From the NCBI RefSeq assembly GCF_009914755.1, contig NC_060932.1: a stretch of 64,000 nucleotides of DNA. One strand, given 5' to 3'. The notes below the pieces were generated by a model, which saw only the letters and a list, made by a program, of their open reading frames with translations, did not search any database and was not told where the DNA came from. Below, one piece after another: positions 14,151 to 25,930 of this stretch. Source of the DNA: the human T2T-CHM13v2.0 reference genome, Homo sapiens. A program made the position numbers and the translations under genes. The number at the start of each line of letters is the position of its first letter. The stretch's first letter is position 1.

Positions 14151-14989
14151 TTTGATTTTCTAATTGCTTTTTCATTTGTCCTACTTGCCAGCATTCAGTT
14201 CAGACACAAGTTTGTAATTCTAAATAATATGGAGGAATACAAGTTCTACCATAATCTTAAATTGCTTTTACTGTTTTACTGTTGGATTGGTTGGTTGGTT
14301 ACTCCCAAGTGTTAATGTAGCTTCCTTACAAACACAAAAATACTTTCAGATAGTCAAAGGTCACTGAGGTTCTTTATTGACATTCACATATCTCTCTTTC
14401 GGATAATTTTATCAAATGTCTGCTCTGCAGAAAGACTTAGCAGTGAATTTGAGTCACTCTCATTCCCATAATTCAAGTAGAATTGTACAGAAGCCATGCG
14501 AAAGCACAAATCAGGACCATTTTAAAACTATTTGAAGAATATCAGAACTTCATTTCATTAAGCAGCCCGAAGATGCAAAACACAGCTGTACTGTTATGAC
14601 ATTCTTCCTCTGAGTTTCCTCAATCTCTACCCTTTTCCTCCCATGAGTTCAGGTTTTATTTTCTCTTTTGAATCTTTGTTCTGGGCCCCCATTACAGAAA
14701 GATGGAGAAAACACTTTCTCAGGCACAGTAATTTGAGGGGTGCCAACCCCATCATACTGCTGCAATAACCACCAGTCCTCTCTCTTCTGAAGCCTGATGC
14801 AAACTGTCTAGAATTCCACAATTCTATGTCCTATCCTTTGGGCTTTGAAGGTTTTCTAACCTTCAGGAGTCACCTAATTAAATTTTAATACCCGTTTAGT
14901 ATAAACACCTTAACTGAAACAGCTAATACCTTGTTGGAGATTAGCTGGCAAGTGGCTTTAAAGAAATCTAGCTTTGGGATAATCATATC

Positions 14990-15135
14990 AATAATATTAA
15001 CATTACTGAGAACCTGCTTTGTCCTGGTCACCATTCTAATTGCTTTACATGTTTGAACTTACTTAAGTACCAAAGCAGCCTTTTGTAAATGAGAAAATCA
15101 AGGCACAGGGAGGTTAAGTCACCCAGCTGCTAAGG
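14990..15135 (-). mobile_element. MIR SINE fragment
   Basis: aacattactgagaacctgctttgtcctggtcaccattctaattgctttacatg...ttttgtaaatgagaaaatcaaggcacagggaggttaagtcac matches the reverse-complement MIR core. Confidence 0.8.
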
Positions 15136-16039
15136 ACTAAACCATAAATTACACACACATATTTTGGGTCCAAAGTTGACATTCTGAACAAAATCAAGTT
15201 CCACAACGAAGTTCAACTCCAAAGTTAAAAAGTGAGGGAGTTGCCCTTTGAGGGAAAGAGCACTTAGGGTCCAAAATTATACTGCTTTCTCCAACCTCTG
15301 CTGAAAGCCCATAGCATGACCATATCACCACATGAGATGATCATTATATACTGCTATCACAAAGCGTTTCTCCAGTAAATAATATAGCATTTTGCTTATT
15401 TGGCTCTACTTTGCTATGTAGCCTTTTCTAGAGACATTATGCATCCAGTCTCATTAAGATCCCAGCACATGTTTGGAAGGAGACTAGGCAAGGGTGAAAA
15501 AGGTGTTGCTTTTTGAGAAAGATGTGGTCTCCTCATAAGCACTATTTGTTTTATTCATCCCAAGTTATATTTCAGGTCTGCACTTACATATACATGTGCT
15601 TCATTATGGGGTGAATTGCATAAACCGAAAGATGGAAAACAATGAATATCCCTAGTAGATGTACAATGTTCTCATCATTCACATAGAACAATAGCATAAC
15701 AACATATAAATTTAGTTGAGCTTCTGGTCTTATGATAAGCTACAAAAAAGACAGTAATTGCCTCTTATTAAATTCAAATCATGTAAGTTTGTGATTATAT
15801 GTTATAAGAAACTAATGTCAGAGATTCTAATACAAGTTGTCAGCTTGCTGAACAGTCCACTTCATGTATATTTCCATAAAATATATATAAAATCTTATTT
15901 CATCAACAACCAAATGAATAAATGCTATGCATATGAAAACAAGAGATATTAACTAAGAATCTGAAGTGGAATACTGTATTTTCTAAAGCAACAGCAATAG
16001 AGAATAATATCCATGAACTATGATCCTGTTACTAATTCA

Positions 16040-16200
16040 TGCTAGCCTTCTGACCATGGCAAAAGTTTTTAATCTCTTTGCACTTTTAATTTCTAATCCA
16101 TCAAACAGGAAAAAAAATTCATATTTCATATGGTTATATATGAAGTATGATACATTAAGTGAGATGTAGCTTGATTTATTACATATAAGGTAGGTACTTG
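16040..16200 (+). mobile_element. Degraded MIR fragment
   Basis: gctagccttctgaccatggcaaaagtttttaatctctttgcacttttaatttctaatccatcaaacagg resembles the MIR core. Confidence 0.5.
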
Positions 16201-16409
16201 TCACATTAAAGAAATAAAATAAATATTAATTTATATGTTTAAGGTTTATTTTCATTGATTCTGCCAGGTATAGGTAACAACTCTAAATTTGCAATTTGTT
16301 ATTTTTATATCAGATAAATTTTATTTTCTATATCTCAGGTCAGTGCTTTTCTAATGAAGTTTTATTTTTGTATAAATATATAAACAAGTATACTTTTTCT
16401 ATATTTTCC

Positions 16410-17032
16410 TGTATTAGCCAGAGTTCTACAGAGAAACAGAACTAATAGGAGATAGATAATATAGCTATAGATAGATAAAGACATAGACATAGATATATAA
16501 GAAGGGATTTATTAGAGGAGTTGGCTCATGTGATTATGGTGGTTAAGAAGTCCCATGACATGTCATCTGCAAGCTGGAGACCAAAGGATGCTCGTAGCAT
16601 GGCTCTGTCCATGTCCAAAAGTTTCAGAACCAGAGAAGCTGATGGTGTAATTCTCAGCCTGGAGCTGAAGGCCTAAGAACCTGTGGGGGGTGATGCGGGC
16701 AACTGTAAGTCCCAGAGTCCACAAGCGAAGAGCCTGGAATTCTGATGTCCAAGGGTAGGAGAAGAAGAGTGTCCCAGCTTCAGGAGAGACAGGAGAGAGA
16801 AAATTGCCTTTTCTCTGTTATGTTTTGTTTTGTTTTGTTTTGTTTTCTCTGAGCCCACAACTGATTGGACTGGGCCTATCCACAAAGAGGGTAGAGCTTC
16901 CCCACTTAGTCCACTGACTCACATGCCAATTTCCCCTGGAATCACCCTCATGTACTCAACAAGAAATAATGCTTTAACAGTTCTCTATGTATTCTTTAAT
17001 TCAGTCAAGTTAATACCCAAATTAACACCACA
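16410..17032 (-). mobile_element. ERVL solo LTR (MLT2B-like) with intact 5-bp TSD
   Basis: tgtattagccagagttctacagagaaacagaac...cagtcaagttaatacccaaattaacaccaca; flanked by TTTCC at 16405-16409 and 17033-17037. Confidence 0.92.
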
Positions 17033-17152
17033 TTTCCTTTTTTTCCCATATCACTAACCTTAACCCTCTTATGAGTCTTTTATTTTTCTCTGTATTGAGG
17101 AAGAGCTTTTAAACTTCATTATATTACTGATTCAAATTTCTACAGGACTGGC

Positions 17153-17544
17153 CATTATAGTTTGAAAGCTCCCTTCACAACTTACATTGATATTTAATTG
17201 CCATTGTTATGGTATTAAGAATTGGAACCTTTAAGAGGTAATTAGCCCATGAGGCTCTAATTTTAGTCCTTGTAAGTGAATTAAACTTTTATTGTAGGAG
17301 TGGGATATTTGTCAAAGGATTAATCTCCTAATAAAAAGATAAAGTTCAGCCTCCATTTCCATTTCTATCTTGCCCACTTATTTGCCCTTCCACTATGGGA
17401 TAAAGCAGCATGAAAGCTCTTGCCAGATGCCAGTGCCATGCTCTTGGACTTCTCACCCTCCAGAACTATGGGCCAAATTTCTATTCTTTATAAATTATCC
17501 ATTCTGTCATCTTCTGTTATAGCAGCAGAAAAAGGATGAAGACA
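17153..17544 (+). mobile_element. MaLR solo LTR (MST/MLT1A family)
   Basis: ttatagtttgaa...acctttaagaggtaattagcccatgagg...gccagatgccagtgccatgctcttggacttc...ctccagaact...ttatagcagcagaaaaaggatgaagaca. Confidence 0.85.
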
Positions 17545-19695
17545 CTGATCAAGAAAAAAGAAAAAAGATTCGAATTAGAAAAATGAGGAATGAAAGTGAA
17601 AACATTACTACCAACCTTGCAGAAATAAATCAATTGTAACAGAATACTATGAAAAGCTGTATGCCAACAAATTAGATAATCTAGAAAAGTGACATATTCC
17701 TAGGCCTATATAACTACTGAAACTGGCTCAAAAAAAATTACAAATCTGAATAGACTTCTAACAAATAAGGAGGCTGAATGAGTAGTTTTAAAACAGTACA
17801 ACAACAAAAAGTCCAGGACCAAGTGGCTTCCCTGGTGAATTCTATCACATGCTTAAAGATGAATTAACATATAGACTTCACAACTTGTTCCAAAAGATGA
17901 AAAGAAAGGAACACTTTCAGCTCATTTGATGATGCCAATCTTATCCTGGTACCAAAACCAGACAGAGGCATCACAAGAAAATAAAGGTAGAGACCAATAT
18001 TTTCAAAAAACACATTTGAAAAAAATCTTTATTAAAATGCTACCAAATTGAATCTAGCAAAATATAAAAGGGATTATGTACCTGACAAACTTGGATTTAT
18101 TCCAAGAATGCAAAGTTGATTAAGCATATAAAAGTAAATTCATATACCAGGTTAACAGAAAAAAAAGGACAAAAAACACACAGTGAGGTTATCTTAAGAG
18201 ATGCAGAAAAGACATTTAACAAGATCCAACACCCTCTCATGATAACAACATTTAACAAACTAGTAATAGAAGAAAATGTCTTCAACCAGTTAAAGAACAT
18301 TTATGAAAACCCCACATCTAACACTATAATTAATGAGGAAAAACTCAAAACATTTATCCTAAGATGATAAACAAGACAAGAGTATCCACTCTCATCATTT
18401 CCATTCACATTGTACTGGGAGTTCTAGCCAGGGTAATTAGGTATGAAAAAGAATTAAGAGACACCCAGGTTGGAAATTAAGAAGTATAATTATCTCTATA
18501 TGTAGATGACATGATCTTGTTTTATAGAAAATCCTGAGTATTCCACTTATAGAGTTAATAGAGTTAACTCTATAAAACACTAATAGAGTTAATAAACAAG
18601 TTTAACAAGTTTATAGAACACAAGATCAATATAAAAAACGTCGTTATTTCCACATACTAGCAATGAATAATGTAAAAATTCAATTAAAAAACAAATCTAT
18701 TTGTAATGGCATCAAAAATAAAATTCTTATGAATAAATATACCAAAAGAAGTGTAAGACTTGTACATTAAAAATGACAAAACATCATCAAAATAAATTAA
18801 GCAGATCTAAATAATGAAAAGCCATTCATAGATTGAAATACCTCATATTATTAAGACGGCAAAACTGCCCAAACTGATATACAAATTCAACAGAATCCTT
18901 ATTAAAATCCCAGTTGCCTTTTCTACAGAAATTGACAAGGTGATCTTAAAATGTATGGCAACTGAAATTCTTAGCATCATTACTCATTAGGGAAATGCAA
19001 ATCAAGATTATAATCTCATACTGGCTAAATTGATATAATCCGTATGATGGACAATATTAAGAGTTGGTGAGGATGTGGAGCTATTAGAACCCTCATAAAT
19101 TGCTGAAGGTAATGTAAAATGTTGCAGCCACTTTGGAAAACAGTCTGGCAGTTATTTGAACATAGAGTTACCATCTAATCCAGAAATTCTACTCCTAGCT
19201 ATATAAGACAAGTAAAAACCTATGACCGCACAGAATCTTGTACATGAATGATCATAGAAACATTATTCATGCTAGCCAAAAAGTGAAAACAGCTCGAATG
19301 CCCATAAGCTGATTAATGGACAAACACAAAGTGATGTGTCCACACAAAGAAAGTAAGTATTGATACATGCTACAACATGAATGAACCTTAAAAACATTAT
19401 GCTAAATGAAATAAGCCAGACACTGAAAGCCACATATTGTAAAATTTAATATATGGAATTTTCGTAGGTAAATCCGTAAAGGCAGATAGTGTATTAGTGT
19501 TTGTCAGAGGTTGAAGGGAGGGGCATTGGGAGTGACTGCTAATGGGTATAGAATTGCCTTTGGGGTAATAAAAACGTTTTGGAATTAAATAGCAATGATG
19601 GCTGCCCAACCTTGTAAATACACTAAAATCCTTGAATTGTACACTTTAACAGGCTGAATTTTATGTTTCCCAATTAGACCTCAATAAATAATATC
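17545..19695 (+). mobile_element. L1MB-like LINE-1: decayed ORF2 with an internal deletion near 18960, plus 3' UTR
   Basis: ORF2-like peptide (DAEKTFNKIQHPLMITT) in ORF 18116-18367; gatgacatgatctt RT-motif remnant; 3' UTR gggagtgactgctaatgggtatag...gaattgtacactttaa...ctcaataaa. Confidence 0.9.
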
Positions 19696-20202
19696 TTTTA
19701 AAAATATAGTGGACACAATAAAGGAATATAGTGGCAGATTTCTACTACAATAAATTTGGTTGGAAAATAAACAAACACAAATTTATAAAGTGTCAATTCC
19801 ACCTCATCCAGGTCTAAATTAACCATATTCCTGACTTTGTTGATTTTTAAAAAAATTTTCTCAAACTTTAAGAAAAATTTCTATTGTAATCATCTAATCT
19901 AATCTTATTGTCTTGTTTCATAGCTTCCAAGTTTTCATAATTTTTATTTAGATCAAAAAGTTAAATTTTTTATTTTCGTTCCTTTATTAAGTTTTTTTTC
20001 AAATCTATCATTTCTTTGTGTTTCTAGTAGGAGATTTTTCTCACATTTCTAATGGAATGGTTTCAGGATGTGTTGTCGCTGTTGCTGTTGATGTTATTTA
20101 TTTGCTTTAGTTTTTAGTCTACTTTCTTTCCTCTGGGTGCTCATCTTAGATGCAAATTTTAAACAAAGTTGACATTTATTTCAAAGGAGAAAATTCTCAA
20201 AC

Positions 20203-20386
20203 AGCAGTTCCCCTGCAGCTGTACATTAGAATCACCTAGGGAACTTCTGAATTATTCTCATGACTTGGCCACACCCAAAAGAAATTCTGATTTGATCAGA
20301 ACCCAATTCAAATAGGAACCTAAACATATGTATTTTTTATAAGTTTTCCAGTGACTCTAATTTGCATCTAGTATTAAGCATACTTT
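20203..20386. mobile_element. MER5A-like hAT-Charlie MITE
   Basis: cagcagttc...cattagaatcacctagggaactt...cacacccaaaagaaattctgattt...tgtattttttataagttttccagtgactctaatttgca. Confidence 0.75.
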
Positions 20387-20689
20387 GTTTCAAAAGGTGA
20401 TTAAATACTATCAGTGATCCAGCAGCTTTCAGAAAGTTTGCAGAGACCTAGGCCAGAAACATGCCTAGCAAATAACTATCACTTTTGAACTTTACAAATT
20501 TAATCTTCATCAAATTTCAGTTTATTATTGTCTCTACTCCAGGATTGATTAGCCTCCTTTATTTTCCTGCTTCCTGGCTCAATGGTGAGAAAACCAGATA
20601 TCTTGATGCTTTCCAGTTGGTAGGAAGGCATCTCCTCTCAGGCGCATTATTGCTGTCAAATGGTGATTTTCTTAAAACCTTTTCCCTTC

Positions 20690-21065
20690 TTCCTCAACTC
20701 CACACACTCATGGCCTTCTGGTCATTCTTTGAATATTTTATCCCACTCTCAGCATCTTCACATTCATAGAGCTCTTTGTCTCATCTCTCCAGGAATGCCT
20801 TTTTTCAGGATTTTCAGAAGACTTGGTTCTTCACACCACTCTTTATTAGAGACCTGTAGTCTCCCATTCTTTTCACTTTCTGTCTCTTGGCCATGTCTGT
20901 TTACTTTCACAGCCCAGACATTATTTTCTGTAATTATTTGTTCATTTGTTTACTTGTTTACTGTCTTCTCCACATGAGTGTGTAAGATTCATAAGAACAC
21001 TTTGCTTTGCTTTCTGCCTCTTCTCTGGTATCTACATTAGTGATAGTATGCTTGCTGAATGAAAA
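20690..21065 (+). mobile_element. L2 LINE 3' fragment
   Basis: ggccttctggtcattctttgaa...ttgtttacttgtttactgtcttctcc...tgtaagattcataaga...tgcttgctgaatgaa. Confidence 0.65.
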
Positions 21066-21387
21066 CAAGGATACATTTTCAAAAATATTACAAATGTATG
21101 TGTTTTCTATCTTTTCCAGTGTCCTCCCACCACCAATCCTTGACTCTACAATTGAGGAGTTGTCAATGGAAACACTGGTAAGACCCTTTTGTTTCCTTCC
21201 CCATGGCATCAGACCACCGTGTGGAATGAGAAGATATTTTTTGGCCCTAGGAATTTTTTTTTCATTTTGTTTCTTTATTCATGATCTCTTGCTAAATTCC
21301 TTGAAATATGTGGCAGCATGACCCTTTCTTACTTTCCAGTCCTAAGGCAGGTTTTCTTCCCTTACTTGATATAAATAGAGTAAATAG

Positions 21388-21768
21388 GTATACGTATATA
21401 TACATATGTGTGTGTACATATATGCAAATGTATATGTGTGTGTATAAATATACATAAATGTGTACGTGTGAATACACAAATGTATATATGTATGTGTGTA
21501 TATGTACACACAAATGTGTCTGTGTGTATGTGTATATACACAGATGTGTATGTGTGTATGTGTATCTACACAAATGCTTATATGTCTGTGTATATATATT
21601 CACAAATGTGTATGTGTGCATGCAAAACATGGATTTGCATCGGTGCACATGCACACACAAATGTGTGTATATATATATGTGTAGATGAATGTCTGTATAT
21701 GTGTATATATGTATGTGTATATATATTTGCAAATGTGTATAAGGTGTGTGTATGTATATACACATTTG
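21388..21768. repeat. Degenerate TA/TG alternating minisatellite punctuated by CAAATG
   Basis: ~380 bp of mostly purine-pyrimidine alternation with recurring caaatg-type spacers about every 22-55 bp, often ~30. Confidence 0.9.
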
Positions 21769-21789
21769 CCAATTAAAATTAAATTTAAA

Positions 21790-22650
21790 AATTTTTGACT
21801 TTTTAATTGTAGCAATTTTGACTGCTGTGAGACAGTATCTTACTGTATTTTTTTGATCTGCATTTCTCTAAACATCAGTGATGTTGAGCTTTTTTCATAT
21901 GCTTTTTGGCCACATGTATGTCTCCTTTGGAAAAGGGTCTGTTCATGTCCTTTGGCCACTCTTTAATGGAGTGGTTTGTGGTTTTTGCTTGTAAATTTGT
22001 TTGAGTTCCTTATAGATGCTGGATATCAGACCTTTCTCAGACGGAGAGTTGACAAAAAATTTTCTCCCATTCTGTAGGTTATCTGTTTACTCTGTTGATA
22101 CTTTCTTTCGCTGTGCAGAAGTTCTTTAGTTTAATTAGATCTCATTTTTCAATTTTTGCTTTTGTCAAAATTTCTTTGGGTATGTTTATCCTGAAATCCT
22201 TGCCTGTATCAGTGTCCAGAATGTTATTGCCCAGGTGGTCTTCCAGGGTTTTTATAGTTTTGGATTTTACACTTAGGTCTTTAATTCATCTTGAGTTAAC
22301 TTTTGTATATGGTGTAGGGGAGAGGTCTAGGTTCAATATTCTGCATGTGGCTAACCAGTTAATGCTGCACCTTTTGTTGAATAGGGGAGTCCTTACCCCA
22401 TTTCTTATTTTTATCATCTTTGTCGAAGATCAGGTGATTGCATGTGTGTAGCCTTATTTCTGGACTTTCTATTCTTTTTCATTGGTCTGTGTCTGTTTTT
22501 GTACCAGTATCATGCTGTTTTGGTTACTGTAGCCCTGTAGTATTGCTTGAAGTCAGATAGCACGATGCCTCCAGCCTTTTTCTTTTCGCTTAGGATTGTC
22601 TTGGCTATTTGGGCTCTTTTTTGATTCCACATGAATTTTAAAATAGTTTT
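21790..22650 (-). mobile_element. L1PA (older primate) ORF2 fragment
   Basis: gctgtgcagaagttctttagtttaattagatc, gtaccagtatcatgctgttttggttactgtagcc and catgaattttaaaatagtttt are antisense L1 ORF2. Confidence 0.92.
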
Positions 22651-24089
22651 ACAAACCATCATTAAATATGTGAATATTCATTTGGAATTTCTTCTCAAAA
22701 GGCTGATGAAGGTTTCTTATCTGAAAAAAAAATATGCAGTATTTTCCCATAAAGCAATTTTAATTAAAAAATTATTATTTGGAATTATACAATATGGATC
22801 ATGTCTAAAACTTATCTCAAATTATCAATAAATATTTCCACATTAAGAGCATCCAATTTGATTAAATGTATTTTAGAACTTTACTAATGTTATTTTCTCT
22901 TTAATATGTGAGAACCAGATAAAAATTATACCCAATAGGTTAAGCTCTGGCACTTTCATTTTTATCATCTCTTTTTCCCCATTTAATTGCTAAATCATTG
23001 TCTGGATATTTTGTAATGATGTTATTAAATCCTGCCAAATATATTTAGGCTTACAATTAAGCAATGATTAATATACAATAATTCATTAGCATGCCTGGTT
23101 AAAAAAAGTCTTAAATCTAGCTTCCTGTTTGCCTAAGTGTTCTTGCTTGTCTAATATATATTTTATAGTTTACTAATGTAAATAATTACCATAGATGTTA
23201 TTTCAAAATTAGTTGTTTCACATCTTTATCAAAGCCTGTAATTGCTCTCCTGTGTTAATCCCTACTCTAATAGTTAGATAATCTCCTAGTTAATCCCTTG
23301 CTTCTGATGTTCTTTTTTCCTCCAACCTCTCTGCACCAAGCCTCCATTTCCCACTATTAATCCCTGAATACCGAATAGCTGGATGGTCTGGATGAGTCTC
23401 AGGTGGGACTTGATGAAGAAAATTTCCTCTCAGAACAAAACACTGCCAAATGTCCGAGTCAGAAAAAGAAAAAAAAAAACTCATCAGAATGTTCAATTAT
23501 TAGCAATTCCTGGACAATTGTCTTCATCCTTTTCAAATATTATTATCATCAGTCCCACAAAATAGCTTTCTAATGTCTGTCAGCTTATGGCAAACGATCT
23601 TCTTGCCCTCTCCTGCCAGGTATCATGAGACCTTTCCTCCTCCACCTATGGTTCAAGAGGATGCTCCTCCATTTTAATTCCATGGCAATTTGGGGAAGGG
23701 AACTTGTTTCTTTCTATTTGAAGGAGTGTCTGTAACCTGTCTAGAATAAGGAACTCTAGTGTGTTGGTTCTCAGAGTACTCTCCTTGTCTTGCAATGCAG
23801 TTCCTATAAGTGGAAAATTTTGAACCTGGTTTTGTTTCCACAATGAGTTATTATCAAATTCATTTCATAAAGAGAACATTCTTTGGTCATAAACAGAAGT
23901 GAAAGCCTTTTAATTATCTCCCATTCTTTTGCACAGTCATTCCATGTGGGAAGGGAGATGTGTGGTCTTTACTGAAAAATGTATGCTCTATCCAGTGACA
24001 AAGTTCAAGCATGGCCCTAGGAATACGCCATCAGGCACATACAATCAGCCTAAATATGTATTTAGAAATGTCACTTTGGCAAAATTATG

Positions 24090-24526
24090 ATGTATCCATC
24101 AGGTTGCCATTCTTCCTCTCTTCATTAACATAACCCTCATTTCCTGGGGTATCCAGAATAATAATTTTTAAATATATATATATTTTTAAACAGCCTTGCA
24201 GCTGATCATATGATCCAGTTCTGGCCAGTCAAATGTAAGCAGAAGACGCTTGAGCATTTTTCTATTAAAGTGACTCCTTTACCCTTACTCCTAATTGGAA
24301 TGCAGAAGTGAAGACCAAAGCTTCAACATTCATCTTGTGATCATAAGGTCACCATAAGGGAAAGTCCAGGGGAATAATAGATCTTGTCCCTAATATCTAG
24401 GAGCCACTGAAGCAATATCACGTAAAAACTTTTCTGTTATCCAGAAAAAATAGAACTCCAATTTGATTACGTTATTGTATTGGGGTCTCCTTTACCTGCA
24501 GTTAAATCTAATTTCCAACAGATACA
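24090..24526 (+). mobile_element. Ancient ERVL/MaLR LTR (LTR16/MLT1J-like)
   Basis: ccttgcagctgatcatatgatccagttctggcc...tgtaagcagaag...catcttgtgatcataagg...ctgcagttaaatctaatttccaacagataca terminus. Confidence 0.65.
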
Positions 24527-25109
24527 TCTAATAATAAAATCGAACTGGTGTCATTATTTCTGCTCCTTTATCACAAGTTGTTCTTTTTATCTAGTATTAT
24601 TTGAATGATTTTCCCATACACAACACTTTTTAAAATCTGGATGTAAGATATGTTCTCACTTAATACAGCATAGCAATCATATTTTTTAAAATAAGAGTTA
24701 ATGGAAAGATATGATACTGTTTCATAAAAGAGATATAAGTTAGTAAAGGAGAAGTTCATAACAATGTTCTTCAAATAAATTGTACTCAGGAATTGGTTTG
24801 ATATATAATCAAATAAAAAGTGAAATCAGCAAGTGAGTCAAACTTCCTTGCTAGTGGAACTAATACATATACAAAAAAATATTCAAAGAAAATCAGAATA
24901 CACCATGCCAACATCATACGACCTCAAAGATTTGACAATAGTACTATGTTTGCAGGAAGATAACACTATGTGATAATAATTTCTTTTTACTTAAGCATCA
25001 AACTCAGACTTCATTATGCTGATGTTTAGTTTTCAAAGGGACTAAACTATTTAAATGGGTCTTATCTATATGGGTGTTACTTTAAAGCACCAACCAGTAG
25101 CCCCGTGTA

Positions 25110-25620
25110 TCCATCCATTGAACAAATATTCACCAAGTATCTATCATGTGCTAGGGACCCCTTGGCTTGGAGCCAAGTATCACAGGTAATTAAAACATAC
25201 TTTCCCCTACCTTCATGTGGTTTACACTGTAGGGTAATATGGCTCAAGGAAGCCCAAACACATTGAAAACACTATTAAAAAGTGCTATGAAGTAAACACA
25301 AAAGCTATAGTTCAAGTTATAGAAAAAAATTTTTCCTGAGATGAACTTCCTTGGCTAGAATGACCATATTAAAGTATCTCTGAGAGGGGACATTTAAACT
25401 GAGACTTGAGGGGTAGGAAGAATAAGAAAACAATGATGTAATGAAGTTGGCAAGAGCTAGGAACAAGTGGATATGACAGCCATTGAGGTAACAATTCCAA
25501 GAAAATGAGACAGAAAAAAAAGGTAGTGTTTCTCTGTATGCAAAGAAGTACAGCAAGAAGTGCAGTAGCCAGGACTCTATTGTGGGAGATCTTTTATGTG
25601 ATTTTAAGAATTTTTCAAAT
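25110..25620 (-). mobile_element. L2 LINE 3' fragment
   Basis: catccattgaacaaatattcaccaagtatctatcatgtgctaggg...ccttcatgtggtttacactgtaggg...gacatttaaactgagacttgagg. Confidence 0.7.
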
Positions 25621-25637
25621 TTTGTGAGAAGTTATTT

Positions 25638-25930
25638 ATATTAGTTAAGGATGCTTTTGATTAAATGTAACAGAAAACCTAGACATCAATGTAAACCATA
25701 AGAGATTTTTTTTTTATGTCAATGACATTCTGGAGGTCAGTTGTTCCGGGATTAATTTTGTGGCTCAAAGACATTAACAAGCATCTTGCTCTGTTCAAAC
25801 TTCCACTTGCTGTCTCTGGAGAAATGGTGTTTTGTCTTTGCCTTCATAGTCACAATAAACAAGTATGTTGTCCTCATCTTGGACCCTAACGGGAAGTAAA
25901 CGGCCACACCAGAAGGCTTTCTCCCTTAGG
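25638..25930 (-). mobile_element. Old MaLR LTR fragment (MLT1J/K-like)
   Basis: tatattagttaaggatgcttttg...tgtaacagaaaacc...tctggaggtcag...tggctcaaagacattaac...cttcatagtcacaa. Confidence 0.55.

Noticed and set aside
21292-21815. Cluster of overlapping ORFs up to 157 aa (Y/I/H/T- or C/V/Y-rich)
   Set aside because: Translation artefacts of the TA/TG repeat, which lacks stop codons.
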